A DNA stretch of 64,000 nt from Nitrosopumilus sp. (GTDB lineage: Archaea > Thermoproteota > Nitrososphaeria > Nitrososphaerales > Nitrosopumilaceae): NCBI GenBank assembly GCA_965218695.1, contig OZ244651.1:352001-416000 (forward strand). Reading direction: 5' to 3'. Of the stretch, positions 8,678-19,732 are shown piece by piece. The notes below the pieces were generated by a model that was not told the DNA's origin, made no database searches, and saw nothing but the letters and a program-made list of their open reading frames with translations. Numbering within the stretch: position 1 is the first letter of the stretch; each line of letters starts with the position of its first letter. The position numbers and the translations under genes were made by a program.

Positions 8678-11600
8678 TTCTGTGTATCATCATCATCGTC
8701 CCCTAAGCTCTGTTGTTGTTCTGCTATTAGTGGACCAAAAAATACTGGCTTTTCACGATCATCAAATGTGACGGATTCGACGGGATACAAAGGAAAGTAT
8801 TCAGTATCTATGTCTTCAAAAATGTTTCCTGAAAGATCCTCTATGGTTCCGGATGTCCGGTTATATGTGATATACGGGTCGACGCTGGATATATCAACAG
8901 GCAGGCTAGCAGTTAGCGTCAACTTGATTTCATCGCCGAAGATTTCGATCTTGGATGCTGGAATTTTGGTACCGTCGTACTCCACTGCAAAGTCCCCAGG
9001 GGCGGCATTCACGTCGACGATATCCTCGAGTAAATACAGGTTAACCACGTTAGTGGGGGACCCGATTGCGATGATGAGTCTGGGCGGAATTATGTCCACT
9101 ACGGTAAACTCGTCAAGGAAGGGCAGAATCTGATTTGGGGTGGTCGCATTATCAGACACGGCGCCGCGTTTGATGCCAAACAACGGGGTGTCCAGATAGT
9201 GGATTTCAGACTGGTGGGGCTGGTCAAACCAGACTGTAATGGATTGGTTGGTTATCGGGTCTTGCTTGGACATGTTATGGGACATGTTAAGGGACACGTA
9301 ATTTACGTAGTCGCGCACATACAGGTCTGCAAGATCCGGCTCGGTTACTGGTTCGGTGAACATGAGCGTCATGTTACCGAATTCCGGGTGGTATACGGCA
9401 GATGTGATTATCGGCGCAACAACGTGTTTCATCTTGTATGCGGCATATTCAACCGACGGCCGGGTGGTATCATTTATGGTAATTGGGATGTCGATGCGGG
9501 TGGTAATTTCATTTTTAGAGTAGTCGCGCACGGCATCCTGGTCGACGTCCAGCTTGGGTGTGGACATTGCGTTGAATTCATCTACCAAGCCCGAGTCTAG
9601 TATGGCATACATCATGGTGCCTGTCTGGTGTATTCGCGGAATGTCGTCAAACGGAATGCCGCCGGTGTGGATACCAGAGTCGCGGATGTGCAGTCCGGAA
9701 TCGTCCTGTATACGTACCGGCTCGTCAAACATGATGCTCAGCATTTCCAGACTGGTATCGTATTCCACCGATTCCACAATCGGCAGGTCCGTGTCGACTT
9801 TGGTGATTGGCCGGTCCGTCGCGACGGCAATAGGATTGCTCGATTCATCAGACACGGCACCGGCATCAATGTCCAGCTGGGGTGTTGTGCCAAGAGCTAC
9901 AAATGCGTCATTTTGGGACTCGTCAAACGTGACACTGAGGGAATTCATACTCCGCTGTCTCTGCGAGACATCACCAAGCGTGATGCCGCCCATATCGCTG
10001 CCGGATCCGCGTATGTGCATCTTTGAATAGTCCGGATTAGGTATGGATTCGTCAAACGTGACAGTTGTCGTGTTCAGAGCTGCATCATACGTGGATGATA
10101 CAAACGCAGGTGGAGTAGTATCGGATACGTTGATGGAAAGGCTGCCTGGCAGTACGGCATTGGCAGACATGTCGTATGCCGCAGCCGTTTCGTATGCCGC
10201 AGACCTGTCTATCCTAAGGTTGTGGTTTTCCATGGTCTCAAAGGCGGTCCTCTGGAGCTGGTCGAGTGTGGCAGTCATGGTATCGGTACCGGCGGTATGT
10301 TGTATTGAGGCGACATCGGCAAGGCTGATGCCCCAGCCGAGGAAATTCAAGTCGATGATGTGCATCTTTGCATAGTTCAGCAGAGATATCGGCTCGCTAA
10401 ACACGACAGTCAGCATGCCGTCACCGGTGGTGTATGTTGCAGAATCAAGTTCCGGGGGAATGGTGTCGGGTATGCTGAGAGTCAGGTTGGCAGCTGGCCG
10501 AATCGTGTTTGAGGCATCGGCAGCATCCGATACCGCACCGGCATCGATGTCCAATTGCGGCGCTGCCATGGATTCTATCGCCTCCTCCTGGGTGTCGGAA
10601 AGCAGGACAGTCATGTTGTTGCGTTCAGTGTGTTGATGATGGGTGATGTTAAACTGAATGCTGCCCACATCGGCGCCAGAATCGTGTATGCGTAGCTTTG
10701 TGTAGTCCGGATTGTCCACGTGCATGCTGAATGTGAGATATACTGTGTCGTCATCTGGGGAGTATTCAGCGTGAACCAGCGCAGGCGGCACGGCATCGTC
10801 TATGATTATCTCCAAGTCCGCAGCAGGCGCTATCTCGTTGTCCGAACCGTCAGACACCGTACCCTGAGGGATGTGCAGCCGCGGGGCGTGCATGCCGTCT
10901 ACAGTACCCACTTGGGACGGATTCAGCGTGGCGTTTACGACGTTGCCCGGTGTGGAGCTGAGATCGGCTGTGCCAAGGGATATGCCGCTGGTATGATTGT
11001 GGTTGACATCATGGATGTACAGTCTCTGAGAGCTGCCGACAGTCACGTTCTCGCTGAACGTGATGGACAGTATATCATCGCCGGTGCTGTAACGTGCAGA
11101 CTCGAAGACCGGCCGGATGGTATCGCTTATCACTATTGGGATGTCGTTTTGGGCTGCTATGCCGTTTCCAGAAAAATCAGACACCGCACCAGAATCCATG
11201 TCCAGCTGGGGTTCAGACATTTCGTCGAATGTTGCCTTCTTGTTACCATCAAGCAAGACAGACACTGTATTGGCGGTATTATGATGTCTGGGGGATATGG
11301 AAGAGAGCGTGATGCCGCCCGTGCTGTTGCCGGTATCTCGTATGTGCATCTTTGTATAATGCAGTGCCGTTACCGGATCGTCAAACGTGATGAACAGCAG
11401 TCTCAGATTGGTATCGTATGTCACCGATTCCACCGACGGCGGCGTAGTCGTGCCGTATGTGTCGATTGTCTGGTCCGGTGCGGCGAGAATCAGATTGCCC
11501 GATTCATCAGACACGGCGCCGGCATCAATGTCCAGTTGTGGCATGTCAAACTCTCCAAATGCGTCATTGTGGGAGCGAAGATTAACAATTATGGTGTTGC

Positions 11601-11754
11601 CGTGATAATGTACATTCGAAGTAGAGATAAGCGTGATGCCGCCCGTGTTGTTGCCGGATTCGCGGAGATGCAGTTTTGAATAATCATCAGGTGTTGATCT
11701 GGACCCCTGTTTTTGGTACCACTTTTTGCATCTTTTTCCGAATAATCCTGCCTC

Positions 11755-12588
11755 TCATTTATTCCCAACCTCCATCTTGCCTACAAACTCATCAGGTGTA
11801 AGATATCCCAGCGCCGAATGGATCCTGTCCTTGTTGTAGTCCTCAAAGGCCTTTGCAAGCACGACCTCGGCATCCTGAAAGCGTGCAAATTCATGCGGCC
11901 AGATGTACTCCCTCTTGAGCGTCCCGTGGAATGACTCCACGTGTCCGTTCTGCTCCGGCGTCTGCTTCCAGATGAACTCGTGTCTTATCCCCAGTGCCTG
12001 CATGGCCTTTTTGAATTCGCGGCTGCTGTACTGGGAACCGTTGTCGGTCCTGAGCCTCAGGTTTGAGATCTCTCCTGCAGACGACACCGCCTTTAGCACC
12101 GATTGCACTGCCGTGTGGGCAGGAGCCGTGGTGTCAAACATGTACGCCACCCACTTTCTGGTGAACACGTCAAGGACGTTGAAACAGTAGCACCATCCAT
12201 CAATCCCGCAGTGGATGTACGTTATGTCAGTCTCCCATAGCTGGTTGGGTGCGGTGGGCTTGAACCTCCTGCGCCTTGAGGCACGAATGATGTCGTTTTT
12301 AGTCTTTTTGGGCTCGATCCAGCCTATTTTGTGATATATTCGCTGTATTCTCTTGCGATTTGTTGGAATGTTTGTCTCCCTGGTGACCTGCGCTGCCATG
12401 CGCCTGGTTCCGTACGTGGGACGCTTGGAGGCTATGGTTCTTACCACGTCAACCACGTCCGGGTCCATGGCCACGTCTCTTGGCTTCTTGGTGTAGTACC
12501 AGGCATGCTTGGACATGCCGCAGTACTGCAGGGCCTTGTTCAGGCTCATACGCTTGCTTACATCACTGATGGCCTGCATCTTCATCAC
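11755..12588 (-). CDS. IS3 OrfB, integrase-core DDE transposase
   Basis: WETDITY, RTDNGSQY, NGHVESFHGTLKRE, RIHSALGYLTP. Confidence 0.95.
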   Translation of the reverse strand: MMKMQAISDVSKRMSLNKALQYCGMSKHAWYYTKKPRDVAMDPDVVDVVRTIASKRPTYGTRRMAAQVTRETNIPTNRKRIQRIYHKIGWIEPKKTKNDIIRASRRRRFKPTAPNQLWETDITYIHCGIDGWCYCFNVLDVFTRKWVAYMFDTTAPAHTAVQSVLKAVSSAGEISNLRLRTDNGSQYSSREFKKAMQALGIRHEFIWKQTPEQNGHVESFHGTLKREYIWPHEFARFQDAEVVLAKAFEDYNKDRIHSALGYLTPDEFVGKMEVGNK

Positions 12589-12896
12589 TTTGTTCCCTCC
12601 AAAGTTTTTTTTAAAATATCGTTGGCTACGGTGATCTCACCGATTATGCGCTTGAGGTTTTCCACCTCTGCCAAATGGTTTTTGGCCGCATCTCCCCTGT
12701 TTATGAGAGCATGTTTGCCTCCCTGCAGGAACTTGCCCTTCCAGTCCTGAAAGGTTGCAGGAGATATGTTGTGCTTTCGGCACAGCTCGGCAGCCGGCAC
12801 ATTGGTGGTAAAAAATTCCATCACTATCATGACCTTGTCTTGTGGACTTCGCCTCTTGCTCATGCCCTTCCCTCGACCCCCTGCTCCAAAAAACAT
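12585..12896 (-). CDS. IS3 OrfA (HTH); likely -1 frameshift fusion with OrfB
   Basis: AELCRKHNISPATFQDW HTH; A8C run (12604-12612) near the ORF end; true start probably MSKRR at 12863. Confidence 0.9.
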   Translation of the reverse strand: MFFGAGGRGKGMSKRRSPQDKVMIVMEFFTTNVPAAELCRKHNISPATFQDWKGKFLQGGKHALINRGDAAKNHLAEVENLKRIIGEITVANDILKKTLEGTK

Positions 12897-13474
12897 TCGG
12901 ATTTGATCGGTCTCATTCTAGCGGGGTCCGGCCCAGTGTGACGATCCTTTCGTCAAACGTGATGCGTACCTGGCGATCAGTTGCATTGTATATAGCAGAT
13001 ACAAACTCGGGAGGCGTGGTGTCATGTATGGTAATGATGTGTCTTCCTTCCAGAATCGGGGTGTCAATCCGGCCGTGTACGGCGGCATGATCCACTGCCA
13101 GCCTGGGAAGGAGCATGGTCTCAAAGGTCGTCTTCTGGTTGAAATCAAACGTTGCAGTTATGGTGTTGGTGTTGGTATCGTACTGTTTGACGGACACGTC
13201 TGCAAGTGTAATGCTGATGTCACCACCACGTATGTGTATCTTTGAATAGTCGATCATGGTTACCGGCTCGCTGAACTCTATGACGATCACACCGTCATTG
13301 GTGGTATACGTGGTAGAACTTGGCGCCGGCGGGAGCAGGCCGTATGCGGTGCCATATCCGGCAAGCAATACAGACACTGCCAAGACGGGCAGCAGGATCC
13401 AAGATCTGTTCAACAACTATGTTGTAGACATACAATATAGCACAAACAGCAACAATCCGTGTTTACCAACAAGC

Positions 13475-15621
13475 GTAAGAGGTCGCCTTTGCGAAGCGAT
13501 TCCGTGCCTGATCTGTTCCGATTAATTACCAACTGAGCTACGTTTTTGACCATAAATACCCGATTAATTGCACGTTATCAACACGGTCCTCAGGCAGGGC
13601 GGTTTTCGGATCAAGGCTCTTCCGGTTGGATCTTTTGCGCCGCATTTTCCGGCAGGCGCTGCGTGCCCAAAAGCTTTATGGATCATGCCTTCCCGTGTTA
13701 TGGCGTGGTGCCTGTAATCGACTTGGAAAAGATTGACTGGAACTCCGTAACCGACACCAAGTCCCTCTTCGAATCCGTCTTGGACATGCTCAAATCCAAG
13801 GACGAGGAGAGCATGGCACTGAGAAAAGACATCGAGCAGCTGAAGGAGGAGGCAGAGGCCTTCTCAGGGGAACACGCGATGCTGACGGAGATGGATGCCA
13901 GGATCAAACTGCTGGAAGAAGAGAATGTGCAAAAGGACTCCGAGATAGAGAAACTGAGGGCAGAGAATGCCGCCCTCCTGCAGGGATGCGACGTCTCGCA
14001 GGCAGTCATGGACAGGATAGCCCGCCTGGAACGGCAGGCATCAGAGCATGCCTCTCAGTTAAGGGAGGCGCGCGCGGCCAACTCGGCGCTGGCAGCCGAG
14101 AATCTGGGCATCAAAAGCCGCCGCTCCCAGAAGCGGCTCCGGGAATCACCCGGGCCTGCGCCGGACCCGTTCAGGAAGGTCGTCTGCCTGCGCACCGGCC
14201 GTGATCCTCCCCCGATATCCGAAAAAAAGCTAGTCGACATGCCCGCCTGCCCGCACGGCCATGCCCTCTCGAAGGAGCCCACCGAGGTGACCATCCGGGT
14301 AGTCGAGGAGATCATCGACGGGAAGCTGACCGGCATCCAGTATACCGTCGTCCGCAGGTACTGCGGGGAATGCGGCAGGCAGTTTGCCCCCGAGATCCCA
14401 GGGGTCGTCCCAGGGGGGCGGTTCGGCGCCAGCCTGACGTGCCTTGAGACGACGATGAGGATGTACAACATTCCCTACGAACCCATCCGCAAGCTGATCA
14501 ACATAATCTACCACGCAGGCCTTGCCAAGTCGACAGTCATCAGCCACGTGGATGCCGTTACGGGATCCCTCCACCCGCTCTACGAGGAGATGCTCGAGGA
14601 TATATTCTTCTCAGGGCATGTCTTTGGCGACGAGACCAGCTGGAGGGTAGCCGGGATACTGTACTGGCTGTGGATACTAGTCGGTGACAACTCGACTGTC
14701 TTTTACGTGGACAAGAGCCGGGGAGGAGACGTGCTGGAGACCCTGCTTGGAGGGTACGGCGGCCACGTCACCTCTGATTCACACGCTGCGTGGAACCGCA
14801 TCGGCAGGACCCACCAAAAGTGCCACTACCACTACCTCCGCGAGATCCTCCGCACCCTGACCATGAAGAACCCCGGGCCCGAATTCAAAAAGTTCGCCAA
14901 GGCCCTGAAGGGGATAATCACCGATTCCTGGTTCCCGGAGAAGGGACTCGACCCGGACGACGACGAGGCCACGCGAAACCTCAAGGTGCGCAACCTATTG
15001 GCCAGGGTGAGGCGCCTGATCTCCGGCGAGTATACAGACGCCCACTGCAAGCGGTTTGTCAAGCGGCTGCGGCGCGAGATCACCCACCTGTTCCCATTCA
15101 TCCGCCTCAACACAAAGTGCCATAACAACGATGCCGAGCGCCCCCTGCGGCCCAGCGTCGCATCCCGGAAGGTCTCAGGCGGCAGCAAGAGCCTTGCCGG
15201 CGCATACAACCACGCCGTCCTGGCCACCGTCCGCGAGACGTGCAGGAGGCGCGGAGTCAACCCGCATGACTTTTTGGTTGACTATATGCACGGTCTTGTC
15301 GAAAAAATTCCGACAGGAGCAGCAGCAACTGCATAAATCCTGCAAAATCCACTCCCTGACTGTTCCATGCAGACCCGTCGCGCCGGCAGCCTGGCATAAC
15401 CTCGCCTGATCCCGGCACAATTCACCGCCCGGCCGCTTCAAAAAAGGCCACTTCGCAAACCCGATCACCGGATCGGCCAAAACGTAGCTCAGTCTGACCC
15501 TCCCGGAAAAAACCTGAAATAATGCCAATTAAATGGGCATTTACGGCCGAAAACGTAGCTCAGTTGGTAATTAATCGGGGCAGATCAGGCACGGAATCGC
15601 TTCGCAAAGGCGACCTCTTAC
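13475..15621 (+). mobile_element. IS66-family (single-ORF, ISBst12-like) element, copy A; no TSD
   Basis: GTAA...TTAC ends; 72-bp TIR with 2 mismatches; flanks CAACAAGC and CCTGTATG do not match. Confidence 0.92.
13546..15336 (+). CDS. IS66 transposase (true start probably downstream)
   Basis: Coiled coil, CPHG...CGEC Zn finger, GDETSW, TSDSH, HQKCHYH, NNDAERPLR. Confidence 0.92.
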   Translation: MTINTRLIARYQHGPQAGRFSDQGSSGWIFCAAFSGRRCVPKSFMDHAFPCYGVVPVIDLEKIDWNSVTDTKSLFESVLDMLKSKDEESMALRKDIEQLKEEAEAFSGEHAMLTEMDARIKLLEEENVQKDSEIEKLRAENAALLQGCDVSQAVMDRIARLERQASEHASQLREARAANSALAAENLGIKSRRSQKRLRESPGPAPDPFRKVVCLRTGRDPPPISEKKLVDMPACPHGHALSKEPTEVTIRVVEEIIDGKLTGIQYTVVRRYCGECGRQFAPEIPGVVPGGRFGASLTCLETTMRMYNIPYEPIRKLINIIYHAGLAKSTVISHVDAVTGSLHPLYEEMLEDIFFSGHVFGDETSWRVAGILYWLWILVGDNSTVFYVDKSRGGDVLETLLGGYGGHVTSDSHAAWNRIGRTHQKCHYHYLREILRTLTMKNPGPEFKKFAKALKGIITDSWFPEKGLDPDDDEATRNLKVRNLLARVRRLISGEYTDAHCKRFVKRLRREITHLFPFIRLNTKCHNNDAERPLRPSVASRKVSGGSKSLAGAYNHAVLATVRETCRRRGVNPHDFLVDYMHGLVEKIPTGAAATA

Positions 15622-18016
15622 CCTGTATGTCACCGATCTTCCCCATCAGCCTGCCTACCAATACGAGTAGCTCGTCAAGCTCCCTGTCCGGAAAGCACTC
15701 CCTAGAGTGCACCGTATCGTACACGCTAGTAAGCCTGTCCACCCTGCCGATTCTCTGCACCAACCTCATGGGGTTCCACGGCAGGTCGTAATTGACCACA
15801 TAGTTGCAGTCCTGCAGGTTCTGCCCCTCAGACATCACCTCTGTCGAGACCAGTATGTCGATCTCTTCGTCCGGTCTTTCTTCCTCTTCTGACAAGTTAG
15901 CGGTAGGCGAAAACGCCTTTATGATCTTGGGACGGTCAGATTTCCTTACGCTGCCCGTGATCAGGCCGACCCTACTCCCCTCGAACTTGCCCTGTAGGTA
16001 TTTTTGCACGTACTTGGCAGTGGCCGTATACTCCGTGAACACTAACACCTTCCTGCTACCTGACTCTAGAGCCCCGTCCTCCCGGATCGTCTCGGCCACG
16101 ACTGCCGCCTTCTTGTCGTCTCCTCGTATGGCATTCAGGGCATCCAGATATTTTTTCAGATGAGCCAAGTCGGACTTTATGTCTCCCTTCATGCGTCCCA
16201 CGTCGTACTTGCTTGCGTCTTGCTGGGGCAGTCGCGTTATCTCATCCATGAACTCCTCATCTCTTGGCTCGCCCTCATCACCATCGCCTTCCATGTCCTT
16301 GGCGTTCCACCTTAGCATGATGCGGTTCAGCTCTTTTGGCGCCACGATGCGGTTCTCATCCAAGAGTCTGCCAAAATACTTGAACAGTCTGATCTTGTTT
16401 TCTAGGCTGGCCGTTATGGCACCAATGCTGCTCTCGAACCTCTTTAGGAGCAGTATGGTCTGGAGATGCGCCAGCACCTTGTACCTTTGCTTCTCCTCGT
16501 CGGTGAGGGTGGTGTTGTACATCTCCACCCCGTATGGTGTCATGTGGAGGGAGTTTATCGTGTCAAGCAGGTCTTGGTATATGTTGCCGAAGCGTTCTGT
16601 CATGCTGTACCGGATCGGCCTGTAGTTCCTTTCAGGAAACGTGATGGGTTTTCCACCAAGTGCCACATCCGGGTACACTTCCCTGATGAACGTCCTTGTC
16701 CGCCTCACCATAATGGCCTCGAGAAGCAGTTGGACTTTCTCCAGTCCCTCGTCGATCTTGTGGTTTGCTGCCCTTCTCATGTAATCGTACAGGTCTGGTA
16801 TCCCAATGTCGGCAAAATGATCGTCCTTCTCGCCGGTGATTATGGATACCTGATAGTAGAGATCCATGAGGGAGTTGTTGATCGGCGTGGCCGTCATCAA
16901 CAGGACCTGCTTCCTAGGCCCCAGACTGAGCAATTTCATCAGGTTATGCCGCCTGCCGGTGATGCGTGAGCGGAAGTTTTGGCTTTCGTCTATCACTGCA
17001 AAGTCGTACTTTTTGTACTTGAATACGTCAAAGTCTCTCCTGCCGGGCTCCTCAACGCCTATGGTTTTTGCCCTGATCTGTGCCTCATCGAGCTTGTCCT
17101 CCCAGACCGTGTCCCTTACCTGTGCCGGGGCTATCAGAAGTATCTTCCTGTTCTCGGCCATCTTTTTGCGCATAACCTCCAAGCCTATGTGCGTCTTGCC
17201 CAACCCGGTAGAGTCGGCAAGCATCGCCCCGCCGTGCTCGTCCATTGTCTGGAGCAGCACGGATACGGCGTCCTGCTGGAACTTGGGCAGATCGGCAGAT
17301 ATGTGGCCTTCCTCATCACCCATCGCCGTCAGCGCCCTCCTGTACTTTTCAAAGAGCATCTTCAGGTACACCTCGTGCGGCGATGCGGGCATGCCGAACT
17401 TGGACTGCTCCAGCACCTGAAGCATATCCTCCTTGGCGTCCCTTGCACCATCCCACATCCTCTCGTACCAGTCGCGTATCTTCTTCCAAGTTGATGTAAC
17501 AAAGATGCCCGCGTTCAGCTCGTCATTTTTAGATAGGCCCGCCTCCGTAAAGTTGCTGGAGCCTATGATGGCACCCTCCTGGCCCAGTATGTAACACTTT
17601 GCGTGGTTGAACCTGGATCTTCCCAAGCGCACCTGCACGTTATCACGCCTCAGCAGCTTGATCAGTCCAGTGACGTCGTCCATACGATCCGTGTCAAGCT
17701 CCTCCCCACCTAAGCCCGATTCCAAGGTCTCAGGAAGCGTGTTGGCGTATTTGGTATACTCTTCAAACGCGTCAAAGGACGGGGGCCTCAGGGCGTCCTT
17801 GCCAACTAGCAGCCTGAACCTGAACGAATCATTTGATGCTGCCCTCTCAAGTGCCTCTCGCACGGCCCCGTATCCGTTGACCTCAAAGTACCCGGTGGAG
17901 ACGTCAAGGAAGTTTATCCTGTCCAGATTCATGTTGATGACGCTTGCCATGTCATGTTTCCTGTTGTCAATGATGTCCGGCTCGGCCTTTTCCTTGTCAA
18001 AATTAGGCATAGTCAT
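15622..18016 (-). pseudogene. PLD-nuclease plus SNF2-like helicase, C-terminus cut off by IS66
   Basis: HAKCYI...GSSNFT PLD motif; LADSTGLGKT, IDESQ, MTATP, EGQNLQ, QRIGRVDR; the ORF runs into the IS66 TIR. Confidence 0.88.
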
Positions 18017-18485
18017 GGCGATCCTCCAGCGATCTTGTCATAGCATGTGGGGGCCAGTTTGCGAACCTCGCCGTAGAACTGTCGCAGGACCTTGTTGTCA
18101 TTAAAGTCGGCCGACTTAGCCGTTAGAAGGTCGGAGTTTTCAAGGAATTTGAAGGACTTTAGGATTGTTTCGTATTCTTTTTTTGTCAGTCCGTACGCGT
18201 GGGCGACCAGCGCGTCCAGTTTGGCAGTTGTACGGATACGTTCAGAGGGAGTCAGGAAGACATTCTCCATTCTCAGAGACTCGGCAAACCCCTCGAATTC
18301 ATCAGGACCCAAGACAAGTTTGGCAGACAGTTGCACCACATCATCGTAATGCTGCCTGTTTGGAATTGAGACTGTCTTGATGACCGTCGACACATGCATC
18401 TGAACCTTCGAGCGGGATACAAAATCAAACGGCATGGAGTTGAGGATACCGCACAGGTACGCTATTTGTTTGTTGTAGTCATCGC

Positions 18486-19732
18486 CAGCTAAGCGAAAAG
18501 TGCCTCATCTGAGATCAGGTAGGCGGTTTGGACTGGCGTATGAGGAGTGATTCCAACTGCACCTTGAACGTGAGCATGGTCATGACACTCTGCCTTTCGG
18601 TACCGTCAGAAAGCATTGCCCTGACGATTATCCATTCATTGTACAATGTTAGGGAATAGTAAAAACACAACATCCGCGATTCCATGTCCGAAATCCGCGT
18701 CTTGGCCCTGCACTCCTCGATTTTACCGTACCCGGTCTCTATTCCCCATCTTTTGGCATAAGCCTCCGTCTTGATTGTGGGGTGGTTTGTTGCAAACCCG
18801 ATGTATTTCTCTTCCGGGACATCAGGGTCTTTGGCGTTTTTTCTTTCAGTTATTATCATGGAATATTCGACGGAGCCCTGGTTGTTCTCAATCACGTTTG
18901 TTGAGATCCTTTCCCTCTTTCCTTGTGCAAAATCCTGCAGGGCTTCCACCACGTTGGGCGTGTTCCTGCACGGCATCAGGTACCTTACGCCGTTTGCCCG
19001 CAGCCTGCTTATCGTGTCGACTGAGAAGAATTCCCGGTCAAGCAGCGCCAGGCGGATCCTGATGCCCATCCCTGCCATGGTCTTGAGGACTGCATCCACG
19101 TAATCAGGCACGAATTCGAGCCTTTTGAGGTATGATGCTGCAAGGACCATGCGCATCTTGTCGTTTACGCACTGGACTGTCATGTAACGCTCAAAATACG
19201 TGGTTCCGTTTTTGTATTTGGAACGGGTCAGCTCCCCTCCGGGTGCCCGGTCATAACGCGGTATGAGGTGCATGTCGATTGCGATGTCCAGTCCTTCTTT
19301 TGGGAATTTGCCCAGTTTTTTGAATGTGTCAAGTTGCACTGCCACCATTTCTTCGAATGCGCGCTGAACCGTGCCCTGCTCCATCCCCTTGATTGCCGAT
19401 GCATGCCACCTGTCGGAGGGAGCGTCGCAGTGCGTGCGCTTTACCGCGTTTGCGCACCCGCCTACGGACGAATCCATGGTGGCTCCCCTCAGCATGCCGT
19501 GATTTAGATCGTCTGTTCCAAATACCGCATTGTACCTGTTTGACGTGTTGGCGCAGGCAAGCATGTTTTTCATGCCGCTTGCGACATCTTGATATATTCT
19601 TGGATTGTTCAGTAGATCGCGGCCCTGCTTGGTTTTTTGTCTAGACAACAAAAACCATAGGGCCGTACCCTTATTGATCTGCTTGCATTCTTGTCAGATT
19701 TTGCCTAGATCAAAGCACATTTCGCTTAGCTG
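18486..19732 (-). mobile_element. ISH3-family (IS4 superfamily) element
   Basis: TIRs CAGCTAAGCGAAAAGTGC / CAGCTAAGCGAAATGTGC; 6-bp TSD CATCGC. Confidence 0.92.
18515..19651 (-). CDS. ISH3-like transposase
   Basis: AIDMHLIPRY, LLDREFF, YAKRWGIETGY. Confidence 0.9.
   Translation of the reverse strand: MLSRQKTKQGRDLLNNPRIYQDVASGMKNMLACANTSNRYNAVFGTDDLNHGMLRGATMDSSVGGCANAVKRTHCDAPSDRWHASAIKGMEQGTVQRAFEEMVAVQLDTFKKLGKFPKEGLDIAIDMHLIPRYDRAPGGELTRSKYKNGTTYFERYMTVQCVNDKMRMVLAASYLKRLEFVPDYVDAVLKTMAGMGIRIRLALLDREFFSVDTISRLRANGVRYLMPCRNTPNVVEALQDFAQGKRERISTNVIENNQGSVEYSMIITERKNAKDPDVPEEKYIGFATNHPTIKTEAYAKRWGIETGYGKIEECRAKTRISDMESRMLCFYYSLTLYNEWIIVRAMLSDGTERQSVMTMLTFKVQLESLLIRQSKPPT

Larger units (their letters stand above)
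11695..12935 (-). mobile_element. IS3-family insertion sequence
   Basis: TG...CA ends; TIRs TGATCTGGACCCC / TGGGCCGGACCCC; 4-bp TSD GTGT (11691-11694, 12936-12939). Confidence 0.93.
7711..13416 (-). pseudogene. Large secreted surface protein with Ig-like repeats (~1,486 aa when reconstructed), split by an IS3 element
   Basis: Signal peptide at 13416; repeated DTTPP...S.TY...ITFDE...DYSKMHIRD...PQLDIDAGAVSD units; removing the IS and one GTGT restores the frame (ERIVT-PDDYSKLHL); C-terminal IPSWVK...EFVT tail. Confidence 0.9.
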
